A DNA stretch of 64,000 nucleotides from Babesia bigemina (Eukaryota). The notes under the pieces were generated by a model, which searched no databases, was not told the origin of the DNA, and was given only the letters and a program-made list of their open reading frames with translations. Numbering within the stretch: position 1 is the stretch's first letter; each line of letters starts with the position of its first letter. Positions 22,621 to 33,975 of this stretch are shown in pieces. The translations under genes were made by a program, and so were the position numbers. Location: assembly GCF_000981445.1 (NCBI RefSeq), contig NC_027217.1, forward strand, positions 2,418,001-2,482,000, in the 5' to 3' direction.

Positions 22621-25600
22621 TTAGATTATTTCCACCTGAGGTGTCGCGGTAGGCGGGGCGTCGGCCTGCGGCGCGGGCGCGGCAACGATGCGGTTCGCCC
22701 GATGCTCGCGCGCCCACTCCTCAATTACGCTAGGAGACACCACGTGGCTCGTCAGCTGCTGAATGCGCAGCAGCAGCTCGTCGACGAGGGTCTCGCTCAT
22801 CTTGCGCAGCCAGGCGTTGGGGGATGTCTCGGAGTTGAACTGCTTGCAGTTCAGCTCGATTAGAGCGAGGTCGTCGAGCACCTGCACGAGGTCCGCGTAG
22901 CAGCGCGTCTTGCACTTGGACTTCAACAGCGTCAGCCACATCGGATGCTTGATTATCTTGTAGTAGTTGGGCGCGACGCTCTCCGGGATCCTGCTGGTGA
23001 ACGGCTTGAAGCGCGGCTCCTTCTCCACTATGCGGATCGCCTTCGAGACGAGCTTCATCACCTGTTCCATCTGGCTGCTGAGCGCCGTGACGGGCACGCT
23101 GCCGACCTCGATGTTGGGGCGCATCTGCTTCCTCCTCGCGTTGACCAGCGAACCCTCGTCTACGGAATCCATGCCGTCGTCGGAATCGTCGACCGACGCC
23201 TGGTAGGTCAGGCGCCGCTTCTGCCGCAGTTCCTGGTTGCGCTTAAGCCACTCCGTGGTGTCACATTCCAACGCAGCCACGCTGGCGGTGATTTCTGCGT
23301 CACTAGAGTCGCTGTAGCGCGACTGCTTGCGCGCGCCCACGGACCCTCCGACGCGCCCTCCCATGTATTCACCGCTCCTACCCCTTTCGCCCTTGAACAT
23401 GGGGCACTTGGGGTTAGAAGAGATGTGCCCGACGTTGCCGCATACCCTGCATATGCGCTTGCTGGCGGCGGCAGCCGCAGCGGCGTCAGGCGTGCTGCAG
23501 GTTTTGCGCGTCGACCCACACCGCATACGCCAGCGTAGCAGCTTGCGAACGTTCTCCTCACCGTATACAAACACGGCCCTTTCGTTGCCGAAGGGTTCGG
23601 TGTGCGTTCGGCGGCTTTGCCGCAGCCACATGATACCTGGTACAGCCTTCAGCTTGTTGACTTCTGCCATGCGCTCCTCTTCGCTCAGCGGGCCGGCGCT
23701 CTGAGCCTCGCGCAGTTGGCGTAGAATGTCAAGCTCACGGCGCTCGAGGTCGTCGTCCTTGTCGGACACCTCGTCGAACGCCTCCATCAGAGCATCAGCT
23801 ATGCCGTCGGTGGCGGGCTCGGGCTCATTATCGCGCGGGGTCTCTCCGTCGTCCACTACGGGTTCGTCCGACGCCAGCGCAGTCCTCTGGCGCACCAGTA
23901 TTTCGTTGAGCTTCTTCTGGTACTCCTCGGGTGGGATACGCCAGCGGTGGTCACCCTCGGCGGAGCCCTGCCCGCCAAAGCCGTCGCGGTACTGCCGAAC
24001 GAGCGCCACCTGGTCCCAACGTGGCAGCGTCTTTATCACCGCCTCAGCCACACCGTAGCAGCGCAACCGCTTGGCAAGTTCTAGCATAGACAGTTTGCGC
24101 AGATCTTCACCCGCGTATGTGGGATCCACGTTAACGTGCGCCTGACGTTTCAGGAGGTTGATGCCCTCTCCCCTGCCACCGCTGGGGTCACCGATACCGT
24201 ACAAGGAAAACTGTGAGGCTCCCCGGTTATTCAACACCTGCTTGACATCACGCGAGATGTTCCACGGGGTCAAATCCAGCATGTCCTTTATGAAGCGTAT
24301 CTTGGGCGCCAAGGTCCTCTCCTCCAGGTGTCCGTACAACGAAACGTGAAGGCCGAACTCGAATTGCCCCAATTCATTCTCCTGCTTCTCTCCCGTGATG
24401 CCGTGCGCCTCCAGACGCTTGGCGTAGCTGTTCTTGAGATCGCGCAAACGCCGGTCCATTGACTGCATCCGCTGCTGATACTGCCGCTCCTCGTCCTGCA
24501 CCTTTGCCAACACCGCGGCGATATTATCCGGGTTCTTCAGGTGAAGGATGCCCACGGTGGCCAACCGTGTTCTGCCGGCACGAACGCTTTCCAAAGCACA
24601 AACCGTTTCTGGCTTGATCGTGGAGTGGATCATCCGCTCGAGCGCCTGGGCGCGTAAACTGAAGATGGGCGTGCTCTCAACCTGTTTGAGGATATGAGCG
24701 ATCTCCTTCTCAGTCAGCAGCGACCCGAACTTCCTGCGTGCCTCCTTCCGGAGGTGCTTCACATCCAAAATAGCACCCGCCATGACAGATTTGAGCACCC
24801 ACGCCTTCAAGAGGTCATTAGTAGCCTCCATAAAGCCCTTCGAGGACGGCGGATGCATGTCCACTTTGGGCTCACACTGACCAACCGTGTACACGGCGAC
24901 GCCGCTCTGCCAGGTCAGGGGCCGCAGGTGGATGACCACCTCGCTGTTCGACCGCGAACGTGTCAGCAAGAAGTCGGTGGTGGTGATGTTCAGCTTATTG
25001 TGCCACTCCGAAGCCGGACGTGGGTGTACGAATATGGGCGCCTTGTACAACGTGCTTTCTAGCATAGCCTGCCCGTCTCCCGGCGCCACCATATGCTTCA
25101 CTCCGAACATTTCGATGCCGTCACTACCCTGGCACAGTGTACCCAGCGGCCCCAGGAACGCCACATCCTTATGATCGTCGTCCTCCTTGTAGTTCACGTA
25201 GTTGTCGACACGCGAGGCCATCCCGCAGTTGGGCAGGAGCAGCGGCGTCTGCTCGACGTACTCCAGCAACGCGATCTTGCAATCGTCGTTGAGACGCAGG
25301 TCATTCGAGTGCAGGAAGTAGTTGGAAGGGTGGCTCCTTACGTCGTCAGACCCGCCCGATTCCTCCGTGTAGCTGGCAGCCAGGTTGCTGCGCAGCAAGG
25401 GCCGCACGGGCCACGACGACCACTCGATGCTGTAGTTGCCACGCTGCACGCGCGTATGCTCCGAGAACAACCCAGCGCGAAAGTCCGGTTTGTGGAAGCG
25501 CACGTTGTGGTACTTGGCCACCTTGCCGCCCAAGGGCAATATTCCAGTTAGGTTCTTCGCAATACGCGTGTGCAGCAGCTCGCGAAGGTTTGAGCCCGCG

Positions 25601-28356
25601 CTGTCCTTTCCGGATTCGTGCGGGTTCGCCTTCTCGTAGTAGTCGTCGAACGACTGGTTCAGCATGTTCAGGTAGTCCCTGTGCCGGAATTGCTCCGCAA
25701 CCTCGCAGAACTCCACGACCGCATCGTAGGCACGGCTCTGCTCCACGTTCGACGACACGTTCTCGATGTCGCGCAGGCTCTTACCCATGTTGACGAGCGC
25801 AAGCCTCGTCTCTTTGTTCAGGGTTTGCAGGCGCCGCCGCCATGTACGGCGGAGCTCGTTCTCCTTGCTCAGCAATGCCGCATCATCTTTCGATGTCTCT
25901 TCGTCAGCTGCGGCAGGCGTCTCCTCCTCTTCCTCCTTGGTAGCGACTTCCTCTGGTGCATCCTGATGTACCGATTCCGCATCATTAGGAGTTATGTCCT
26001 CCTCATCCGGCACTGCCGTGTATATGACATTGGGCGCGTTCAGGTTGTAGATGGACGAATGCACCAAAGTTTGTACCTCGGGGGAGTCGTAGGAGAGCAG
26101 CAGCTTCATGTGCGCCTGACCCACTCGGTATAAAAGCTCGCCCTTCTGCTCCGGATATTGCTCTGCAGCGTTCGTGTTGACGCTGCGGCCAAGGACCTGG
26201 CACAGGTCCTCCACGCGCCTATCCTGGAACACCTTCCACAGGTGCTCGAATTCCACCAGATCCGCTAGCAGCAAAGGCCCGTTCAGCCTACTCTTGAACC
26301 CCCTCCATTCGTGTATTATGTCACCAGGGTTCATCAACTTGCATATTTTCGCACGGTAGTGGCTCAACGTTCCGGGTACCTCCGCGAACAGGTCGGAGTC
26401 GTCCGTGTAAGAGACATCCACAGCGGCGCTGGTATCGGGCACGCCTGACGCTTTGAGCGGGTACGTAGGGGGTGCAGGTGGCGGCGCAACGCCATCGTCA
26501 GCCGCATCGAACTCGAATTCGTCGTCGAGATCCATATCTCCAAGCGCTCCCAGGCTACTTTTGGAGGCTTCGGACATACCATCCAGCAGCTCATTATCCA
26601 ACTCGTCAAAAGAGCCGAGACGCACGTCAGCGTGTGACTGTCCAACACCGGGTTCGGCAGTACGTGGTACGGGTGTTTCAACTGGGGCACTAACCTCCGC
26701 ATCCTCAAAGTCGAGATCGAAGCTCGCGTTAGAACCGCGTTCAAAGTCGGACAAATCCAGCTCCAAGTCGTTGTTACCAGCGTTTGGTTCAGACACTGCT
26801 CCATCGCCAGTAGCGCCCATGCCGGCTACATCGGCCGCCGCTGGATCAACCGCTTGGGGAGTGGCCGCACTCTCATCCACCTGCTGCTGCAGTCGTTCTT
26901 GCTGCTCAGGCGACGAAACACGATTAGCAGACTTTTTCGGCGTCTCAGCCGCCGGTATCCAGTCCGCATGCGGTGTGACGGATCTAACCCCCGGCAGTGT
27001 GACGCCGCTTGGGTCGTCCCCGTGTGAGAGGTCGTTATCGTCGTCATCCCATACACGGAAGCTCGCCCTTCCCTTCCTCACCGGCAACCTCAACTCGTCC
27101 ATGAACATGTAGGGGTAGCAGTTGGATTCCATTCCATCAAGTCGCTTGAGCGCATCGCGTATGGTTAGCAGCTCACCGTCCTGCGCAGCGGTCTCGAAAA
27201 GCCGCATGCTACGCATGTCCTCCTCCGTCAGGGCGTCGGCACTTCGGTAACGATTGTGCTGCCAACACATATCCATGCTGCCGTATTGGCGCGTTGGTAC
27301 GGCCTTCACCTGAATTTCTGCAGGCTCAGCGTCGTGCGGGGCGACCTCGACGACGGGCTTCACCTCTTGGGATAGTTCAGATCCGCGCCGGCTGGGAGTC
27401 ATTGCGGCTTCAACATCCAACTTCATTTGCGCGCGGCCTTTGTGCAGCTTTCTGCGCCAGGCTTTCAGCTGGCACGTCTCGCGGATCTGCACTGACGTCA
27501 GGATGGACTTCATGCTATCCAGCTCCGAGGCCTTCTTCTGCAGCGACGTCTTCTGCGGCGGCGCCAACTTGCTCAGGCTCTGAAGTGCCGTTTTCTCGTC
27601 CATCATGGGCATCATTGGCATCATCATGTTCATCGGCGGTAGCCTCTTCCCGCTGGGGTCCTTCGCGAAGTCAGGGAGCCCCTCCATCATCATGGGCGGG
27701 AAAAACATCATCGGCATCGCCGACCCATCGCTCGCCTTCATCCCGCTGGTTCCGGGCGCGTAGGGCATAGCCGGCATGAGGCTCCCATCGATCGAGTTGG
27801 TCGTGTTCTGCATCATTCCCATCGACATCATGCCGTCCATCATCCAGCCACCGAACGGCGGCATCTTTGGGCCGCCAATCGTCGAATTCTTATCCCCCTG
27901 CCCCTCGAACCCTGGCATCCCCGGCATCGGTACCGGCGGAAACGGGAAGAACCCCGGCATGCCGGGCATTCCCATCATGCCCGGTGGCATCTGGTCGGGC
28001 AGCAACGGCTCCGGCATGGCGGAGTCCCCCGGTGGCCCGCCCGTTGCTGCTTTCGCCGACGGCGGCGCTTTAGGAGTGTCGGCAGCGGGCGCGTCCGATT
28101 TCGGCCCAGCGTCTCCGGCCATGGGTGGCAGGCACATGGGAAAGGGCTTGTTTTCAGGGCCTGGACCTGCGCTTTGCTCGGTATCTGGAAGACGCATAGC
28201 CTCGCCATTTGACTCCGATGAGGATACACCGTCGCCCATCGGCATTGGTGCAGCAGCGGCACCTCCAGGCTGGTTGAAGGGCGCGTTCTGCCCGGCATCC
28301 CGCTCCGAATCCGCCGGAGGGAGCCTCGTAGGTGTTATCTTCCCGTTGCCCTCCAT
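22621..28356 (-). CDS. TAF1: TFIID subunit 1 (TAF1) with central TAF1 domain, zinc knuckle and C-terminal bromodomain
   Basis: 1911-aa ORF with LLEYVEQTPLLLPNCGMASRV, LTPWN, GDPSGGRGEG, DLRKLSM...LPRWD, CRVCGNVGHISSNPKCP, and bromodomain APNYYKIIKHPM...NCKQFN. Confidence 0.93.
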   Translation of the reverse strand: MEGNGKITPTRLPPADSERDAGQNAPFNQPGGAAAAPMPMGDGVSSSESNGEAMRLPDTEQSAGPGPENKPFPMCLPPMAGDAGPKSDAPAADTPKAPPSAKAATGGPPGDSAMPEPLLPDQMPPGMMGMPGMPGFFPFPPVPMPGMPGFEGQGDKNSTIGGPKMPPFGGWMMDGMMSMGMMQNTTNSIDGSLMPAMPYAPGTSGMKASDGSAMPMMFFPPMMMEGLPDFAKDPSGKRLPPMNMMMPMMPMMDEKTALQSLSKLAPPQKTSLQKKASELDSMKSILTSVQIRETCQLKAWRRKLHKGRAQMKLDVEAAMTPSRRGSELSQEVKPVVEVAPHDAEPAEIQVKAVPTRQYGSMDMCWQHNRYRSADALTEEDMRSMRLFETAAQDGELLTIRDALKRLDGMESNCYPYMFMDELRLPVRKGRASFRVWDDDDNDLSHGDDPSGVTLPGVRSVTPHADWIPAAETPKKSANRVSSPEQQERLQQQVDESAATPQAVDPAAADVAGMGATGDGAVSEPNAGNNDLELDLSDFERGSNASFDLDFEDAEVSAPVETPVPRTAEPGVGQSHADVRLGSFDELDNELLDGMSEASKSSLGALGDMDLDDEFEFDAADDGVAPPPAPPTYPLKASGVPDTSAAVDVSYTDDSDLFAEVPGTLSHYRAKICKLMNPGDIIHEWRGFKSRLNGPLLLADLVEFEHLWKVFQDRRVEDLCQVLGRSVNTNAAEQYPEQKGELLYRVGQAHMKLLLSYDSPEVQTLVHSSIYNLNAPNVIYTAVPDEEDITPNDAESVHQDAPEEVATKEEEEETPAAADEETSKDDAALLSKENELRRTWRRRLQTLNKETRLALVNMGKSLRDIENVSSNVEQSRAYDAVVEFCEVAEQFRHRDYLNMLNQSFDDYYEKANPHESGKDSAGSNLRELLHTRIAKNLTGILPLGGKVAKYHNVRFHKPDFRAGLFSEHTRVQRGNYSIEWSSWPVRPLLRSNLAASYTEESGGSDDVRSHPSNYFLHSNDLRLNDDCKIALLEYVEQTPLLLPNCGMASRVDNYVNYKEDDDHKDVAFLGPLGTLCQGSDGIEMFGVKHMVAPGDGQAMLESTLYKAPIFVHPRPASEWHNKLNITTTDFLLTRSRSNSEVVIHLRPLTWQSGVAVYTVGQCEPKVDMHPPSSKGFMEATNDLLKAWVLKSVMAGAILDVKHLRKEARRKFGSLLTEKEIAHILKQVESTPIFSLRAQALERMIHSTIKPETVCALESVRAGRTRLATVGILHLKNPDNIAAVLAKVQDEERQYQQRMQSMDRRLRDLKNSYAKRLEAHGITGEKQENELGQFEFGLHVSLYGHLEERTLAPKIRFIKDMLDLTPWNISRDVKQVLNNRGASQFSLYGIGDPSGGRGEGINLLKRQAHVNVDPTYAGEDLRKLSMLELAKRLRCYGVAEAVIKTLPRWDQVALVRQYRDGFGGQGSAEGDHRWRIPPEEYQKKLNEILVRQRTALASDEPVVDDGETPRDNEPEPATDGIADALMEAFDEVSDKDDDLERRELDILRQLREAQSAGPLSEEERMAEVNKLKAVPGIMWLRQSRRTHTEPFGNERAVFVYGEENVRKLLRWRMRCGSTRKTCSTPDAAAAAAASKRICRVCGNVGHISSNPKCPMFKGERGRSGEYMGGRVGGSVGARKQSRYSDSSDAEITASVAALECDTTEWLKRNQELRQKRRLTYQASVDDSDDGMDSVDEGSLVNARRKQMRPNIEVGSVPVTALSSQMEQVMKLVSKAIRIVEKEPRFKPFTSRIPESVAPNYYKIIKHPMWLTLLKSKCKTRCYADLVQVLDDLALIELNCKQFNSETSPNAWLRKMSETLVDELLLRIQQLTSHVVSPSVIEEWAREHRANRIVAAPAPQADAPPTATPQVEII

Positions 28357-28820
28357 CTCTACGACACCAAACCTTCACAACGCGCTGGAAGATCACGACA
28401 CGGTCACCTCGCCGCGCAGGGCGCTAGACATTCCATTGCCAGCGGCCGGAAGACTGGAATTTGAGGAACTTCATAACACTCCTAAAAGGTACACAACACC
28501 CGTGAATGCTCTGCTAAGGTGGTGGTTGCCGATGTGCGATGTACTTCGTTGCAAGGCGCGTAGCTTCACCACGCTCCCGATTCCTCGAAAAGGCTCGAAG
28601 AACTGCCTTATAGCGACGGATCTGATTGTATGGGCCCGTAGCCGTGCGTCACGACATTGAAATTTTCTGCGCCCGGTATGTGGATTGTCGACGGCACTAT
28701 AGGCGCGTTCCGGCAGGAAAACTACACACTGGATCACTCGCAATTTATATTACACTACTATTCGCAATTGCTGGCAATTTGTAATCTATACCTCGGCTAA
28801 CAGCGCTATGTATAGGGGAA

Positions 28821-29828
28821 TCAGCGCGTGAGTTGGTCGGCGCTCCGCGACCGGTAGAACGTGACAAATGCATCTATCAAAGCGTCTTCCTCGGCCAGCA
28901 TCTCCTCGTAGTCCGAATCGGCCACGTGATCGTACCTGGAGACAGGGTGTATGCGGACGAAGTTGGCGCGTACCCTAGCAGGTGCAGGAACCCATGAGCC
29001 AGCAGATAGCACAACCGCTCGTTCAGATCGGAAATCGCCTGCATACGCACGGCCACACCGCGATGCCTGTACAAACACTTTTGTATCGCGACATCAATGG
29101 ATGAACCCACTTTAGATCGTTGAAGTCACCAGGTTGCCCTCGCGTTGGCATGCTGCCTTCCAGGGGGCTCCCCTGGCGCTCTGTCATCTGCGCGAGCACA
29201 TACGCTGCAAGGAAGGTTTAGATTACAATCGCCACGGCGCCAGAAGCAGCCTTCACCTACATGGGCAGAGCAATATCTCGCCGAGGTGGCGGGACTCCGC
29301 CACCTGCTGCGGCGAGCGGTTGAGGTGGTATTGCTTCCGGGTGTGCTGCGAATTCGCTGCGTTCGAGATGATATCGGTAGGGCAGTTCTTGCCGAAGGCG
29401 CGCATGTTAGCTTCGGTCATGTCATCCGCATCTAAAATAAGGACGTCAACGCTGAAGTCCGGAAAGCTGGGCACAGTTTTAACGTAGTGGCGGCGTGTAA
29501 CTCACCCTAGCTTTGACCGATATAGCTCGCACGCATCGTGTATAAGCCGCTCGTCAACACCATGGTCGCTCTGGCTGTTGACAACGGTTATGTCGTTAGG
29601 CGGCGCTGCTGCCGTTGACTCCCCGGCGGCGCACAGAGAGGAAGAACGCGGTTGACGACAACACCGCTGTATAGAAGGATGAGAAGCGTGGATATAAGCA
29701 TGATTATACGGAAGAAGGCTGCGGATTCTGCCGCCGAAGCCGGCGACCGGCTGCGAGCAGCGGAGGCAGGCCCAGTATCCGAGCCAGAGGACCCGCAACG
29801 CCAAAATTATATACACATCGAAATGCAT
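28821..29828 (-). CDS. ybeY: YbeY rRNA-maturation metallo-endoribonuclease, organelle-targeted (likely apicoplast), multi-exon
   Basis: HGFLHLLG/YDH (HxxxHxxGxDH) motif joined across intron 28936-28973. Also DMTEANMRAFGKNCPTDIIS and LGEILLC. N-terminal hydrophobic signal is followed by a basic transit-like region. Confidence 0.88.
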
Positions 29829-29981
29829 TAAATCGTATATTGGTTCAGAGCTCAACGCGAGCAAAGTGTGGGCACCAGCGGGCCACTTGGCACCAGGCAG
29901 ACATGCCTGCTGGGACCGCGCCGAGCAGACAGATCGGCTGCACACCCAAAAGACAATGCGATAGTGCGTCGGAGCCACAAC

Positions 29982-31337
29982 TTAGTCGTTCCAACTATTT
30001 GCCTCGACAGCATCCAAATCGGATATGGCTACATCGGCATATATGGTAGACTGCGTTTAACTTACATGATACCATGATCGCGGAGTAACACAGTGCCACA
30101 ATAGAGGCAATCACCAGTGACACCAGCCTGAACCCGTTTTCACTTCCAATGCGCAACACTTACATCTGATTCGTCTCCTGTGAAGGTAGAATCACGCCCG
30201 TCAAGCGCTTGGTCACGAATGAAGTGCAACGGTCGATTGCAATCGAGACCTTCTCCCTCTCCATCATGTCGCGGCATATCGCCGAGATGGACGACACCGC
30301 CCTGGCGTTAATGGCGGGTTCAACTCCCTTTCCCCAGCTTATCACAACGGTGTTGTGGCTCACTACAAACAGGAGCAGCACGCCGTCGTCACACTTATCG
30401 TGACTCAAACGCCAACGCTCCAGCAACTCCTTGGCCAAAGTGTGCATATCCTCCTCTGGCAACCAATTGATGATGGCAACTCCCAAACTAAGCATATTTG
30501 AGCGGTAAATCTTGTTCTAGACCCACCGGACTGGAACCTCTCCTAACCCCTCGCAATGGTGCGAGGAGCTGTCTCGCTGGAGACTCAAGACCTCTGAGCA
30601 CAGTTTAGCCAACCTCACTAATAGTGGAAAACACAGATTTCACAGAGAGCTCAGGCCGACCACTTAACAACGGGCGAGCATTGGCCCAGTTTGGACGCCC
30701 GAATGAATACGACTTCTAGTAGCCGTACGAGTACGCCATAATTATGCGCACAAACGTACGCGCATGTAAGGGCACATAAATTGACTGCACAGTCAACAAC
30801 TCACCGTCTATGCGGTCGGCCTCAACCTCGCTCAAGATACGATCTGAAAATGGTTAGGAATCCAGGAATCCAACTACCCACCGGGGTCACAGATGTAAGA
30901 CTCCCTGACGCCCGGACGGTTGCACTCCTTGGGGTTAACCAAAGGGTCCGGGTAGTTCTCGAGCGTGGTTGCGTTCTTAACCAGCGGCTCCGAGTAGTCC
31001 CAGAGGTTAGGCGGCTCCTCTTCCGGCAACATCTCCTCCACGTCTGAACGGCTTTGGAACCTCAAGCAGCATGCTCAACGGTTAAATCGCGATATCAGTG
31101 ACACATAGACGATCTACACCGCACAGAGTCCGCCATTTCAGCGGAGGACAGAGGCAAATGGAATCCATAGGCGCGTACGCGAAACGAACACACACCTGGC
31201 AGAGCGCCCAGCTCCAACATGTAAGCAGGGGCGACCTTCCGCGGCAAAGCGTCCGCCACGAACCATGCTAGCACAATTAAGGTGAAGATATCACGCCGCA
31301 AGCTCAGCCACGCCGGCGCCGACATCGCGGAGCGCAT
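29982..31337 (-). CDS. TPM-domain (MOLO-1-like) type I membrane protein, multi-exon
   Basis: Signal peptide, YPDP...C......ICDP, GVAII...AKELLERW...CDDGVLLLFV, and C-terminal TM LVSLVIASIVALCYSAIMVS. Several GT-AG introns. Confidence 0.8.
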
Positions 31338-31422
31338 GGCGAGTGACGTTGCCGGAGCCTGCGGCGTGGTGTGTAGATGCAGCGCTAAGAGCGATTAGGA
31401 TTAGCCACCGGAGTCGTGCGAA

Positions 31423-32696
31423 CTACTCCTTCATTGCGCGTTTGTGCTTCATCATCCAGTGGTTGGAGTTAGGGTTGCCGCGCCCCAAACCGACGGGGAC
31501 CCGCGCCAGCGCCGGCAGCTGCTTCTCAGGGCCACCCAGAGCAGCCCCGATTGTACATTCGTCCTGAGCCGTATTATGCGCTAAGCACGCGTATCACATA
31601 CCGCGTTGAAGTGGGATACGTCGTCGTTGCCGCTCTTGCGGTTCATGATGCGCAGCTGGTTGCGATATCGTGGCATCATCAGCTGGTCCTCGGCGACGAT
31701 GTACATTTGCTGCAAGCTCATTGAACCCTAAACCTATAAAACGCACTTTGCTCTTCCCGGTGACGGGTTTGGGTTGCGTGTAGATGGTTCCGCGCGTGTT
31801 TATCCACTTGCGGGTGTCCTTCACCGTCACCTGTCCCGTCTGCCCGTCCACCACCAGCGGCACGCGGTCGACCGTGGCGTTACCGCAGTTGCTGCAAAAC
31901 TGCCGCAAAGTGTTCGGGAACACCTCCAAACACGCCCTGTGAAACCTTATTTTGCCGTGATGGCGACCTACCGGCACAAATGCCCCCAGCTGCGCACGCT
32001 CTTGGCGGCGAACCCGTCCAGCGTCACCACGTTCAAACCCATGTGGAGCAGCACGTTCTGCATCGCAAAATCCGTCGTCATGCAAGCCACCTTCTGGTGC
32101 GATTCCGGCGCCGCGGCGCTGATGTTGTAGCTGTGCACGTTTTCAGGCGTGATCCAGCAGTCGAAGCCGACGCCCGACTCCGACCCGCCTTTCTTGGGCT
32201 TGTTGCGGCCACCACGCTTCTTCCCCGCTTCATTTTTCTCGGCTTTAGAGCCAGTCTTGGTGAGTGAAAGCGGCAGCGGCTCGGACCGCAAGCGCGAAGT
32301 GTCCCCGCTCTCCACCTGCAGTCGCAGCGTTAGAGCGATGCAGCCGATGTCGTTCGCCGACAGGAACGGCAGGTCACCAGTGAGAGCGGCGAATTTCTTC
32401 ACCTTTGCGATGTCTTCCTCCACGGGGTCGCGCTCAGTCACCTTGAACACTGTTCGGATATGGGTGCCCACTGGATTCTTGTCCTTGAAACGTTCGATTT
32501 CCTTCATGACGCCGCGGGTCACGAACAATTCGTCTCCGCTGCGGTCTAGGTAGGTAGAACGGTTGTACGCGCCAGTATCCACCACCAACTTGCGACGAGG
32601 CGCCTCCGTATCCGCGCTGGCAGGCGCGGCGGGTTCCGGCGGCGACACTGCCTCCAGGGCACCTGAGGCCCCCGCGGAATCGGTTGGCTCCTCCAT
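31423..32696 (-). CDS. NOB1: NOB1 20S pre-rRNA D-site endonuclease (PIN domain plus Zn ribbon), multi-exon
   Basis: LVVDTGA, GDLPFLSANDI, WITPEN, VACMTTDFAMQNVLLHMGL, CR/AC...FCSNCGN, INTRGTIY and GLGRGNPNS. Stop at 31423-31425. Confidence 0.93.
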
Positions 32697-33057
32697 AGAC
32701 AGCGTTCAAAATATAACACGATACTGCTACTGCGTTATTGACTCCTCTATGCACATCTCCGTGCGATATATGCCACCGGGTACTCGGCCTACGACGAAGC
32801 GATGCGGTATGCCCTAATGTCCACAACGCATCGCAGTGTAGTTCAGCGTCCAACTGAGATGATTGGACGAGAACTTAATAATTGCTAATAAAGCAAAATG
32901 TTATGGAAAAGCCTTTTGTTTAACTGAAGGGGCACAACATTAACCTTAAGAGCTACTTCGCTCGGGAGAAGGCGCTCGAGCGCCCGCGAGGGGCGGGCGG
33001 CAAACACACCAAAATATTCGACGATTTCGAATAGATTGGGTCTTTGTAAAAGTAAAG

Positions 33058-33851
33058 ATGCAGCGAGACAAAGTGGAGGCGCTGACCAAGCTGGGCGCTA
33101 ACGCCTTTGCGAAGATGGAGAAGATCGTAAGTGGATTCCAACCTTAAAATCTACACCCTAAACTTGAGCTTACACATTGCGCAGAACTCCGAGCTGCTGT
33201 CGTTGACGTACGGTTCTATCGTCTGCCAGCTGGTCAAAGATGTCGAGTTCACGGACGGAGTCAACACGCAGCTCATATCCATGTAGGTGTGACGGCCGCG
33301 CGTACACGCCTATAACAACGAACTTCGACATCACACATCGCGTTTCAGGGGCAGAAACATCGGGTTCAGACTGGTAGACGAGGTTCTGGCCAAGCTGGGA
33401 TGCACGCCGTGCACTGACTTCAGGACCACCGTTGAGGTCATCGCGAAGGTATTGCGAAACGGCCAGTTACGGGCAGTGACATTTGCAGGTTGGACTTAAG
33501 ATGTTCCTGGGCATCACTGGCGACGTCATTGTCGTTGACGAGGCAAAGAATCACTACCACATTGCCTTTCAAGAGAACCCCCTGGACCAGTTCGTCGAGC
33601 TTCCGGAAAATCTGTCCGGGCTGGCCTACTCTAACATCATATGCGGGGTCATAATCGGCGCACTTGAGCAGGTGAGGTTACGAAGTAATGCAACTATAGC
33701 TTGTACAGCTGCAAATTAACGTCAAGTGCGAGTTTGTAAAGGACATGCTTAAGGGCCACGATGTCTATGAGATCTCCATCAAGCTACAGGAGGTGAGCCA
33801 CGCTTAGTATACAACACATGCCTGCAGAAAGAAGGACATGACCGTGAATAG
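33058..33851 (+). CDS. BET3: TRAPP complex subunit BET3/TRAPPC3, about seven short exons
   Basis: Spliced product includes KI/NSELLSLTYGSIVCQL, MGRNIGFRLVDEVLAK, KMFLGI, ENPLDQFVELP and YSNIICGVIIGALEQ. Confidence 0.92.
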
Positions 33852-33975
33852 GAAATAATGAAACAATCGCATACTGATTAATTGATGTGTACTCATGTGA
33901 TGATGCTTGTAGCAGTGAACTTTGCCCCCGGACTAATTCACATTCATTCCCATGTTTTGATGCGTTTTGGTTATT

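Noticed and set aside
27776..28660. 294-aa plus-strand ORF
   Set aside because: Antisense of the low-complexity TAF1 N-terminus.
31722..31740. Telomere-like AACCCTAAA motif (similar one near 33155)
   Set aside because: Isolated single copies inside introns, not an array.
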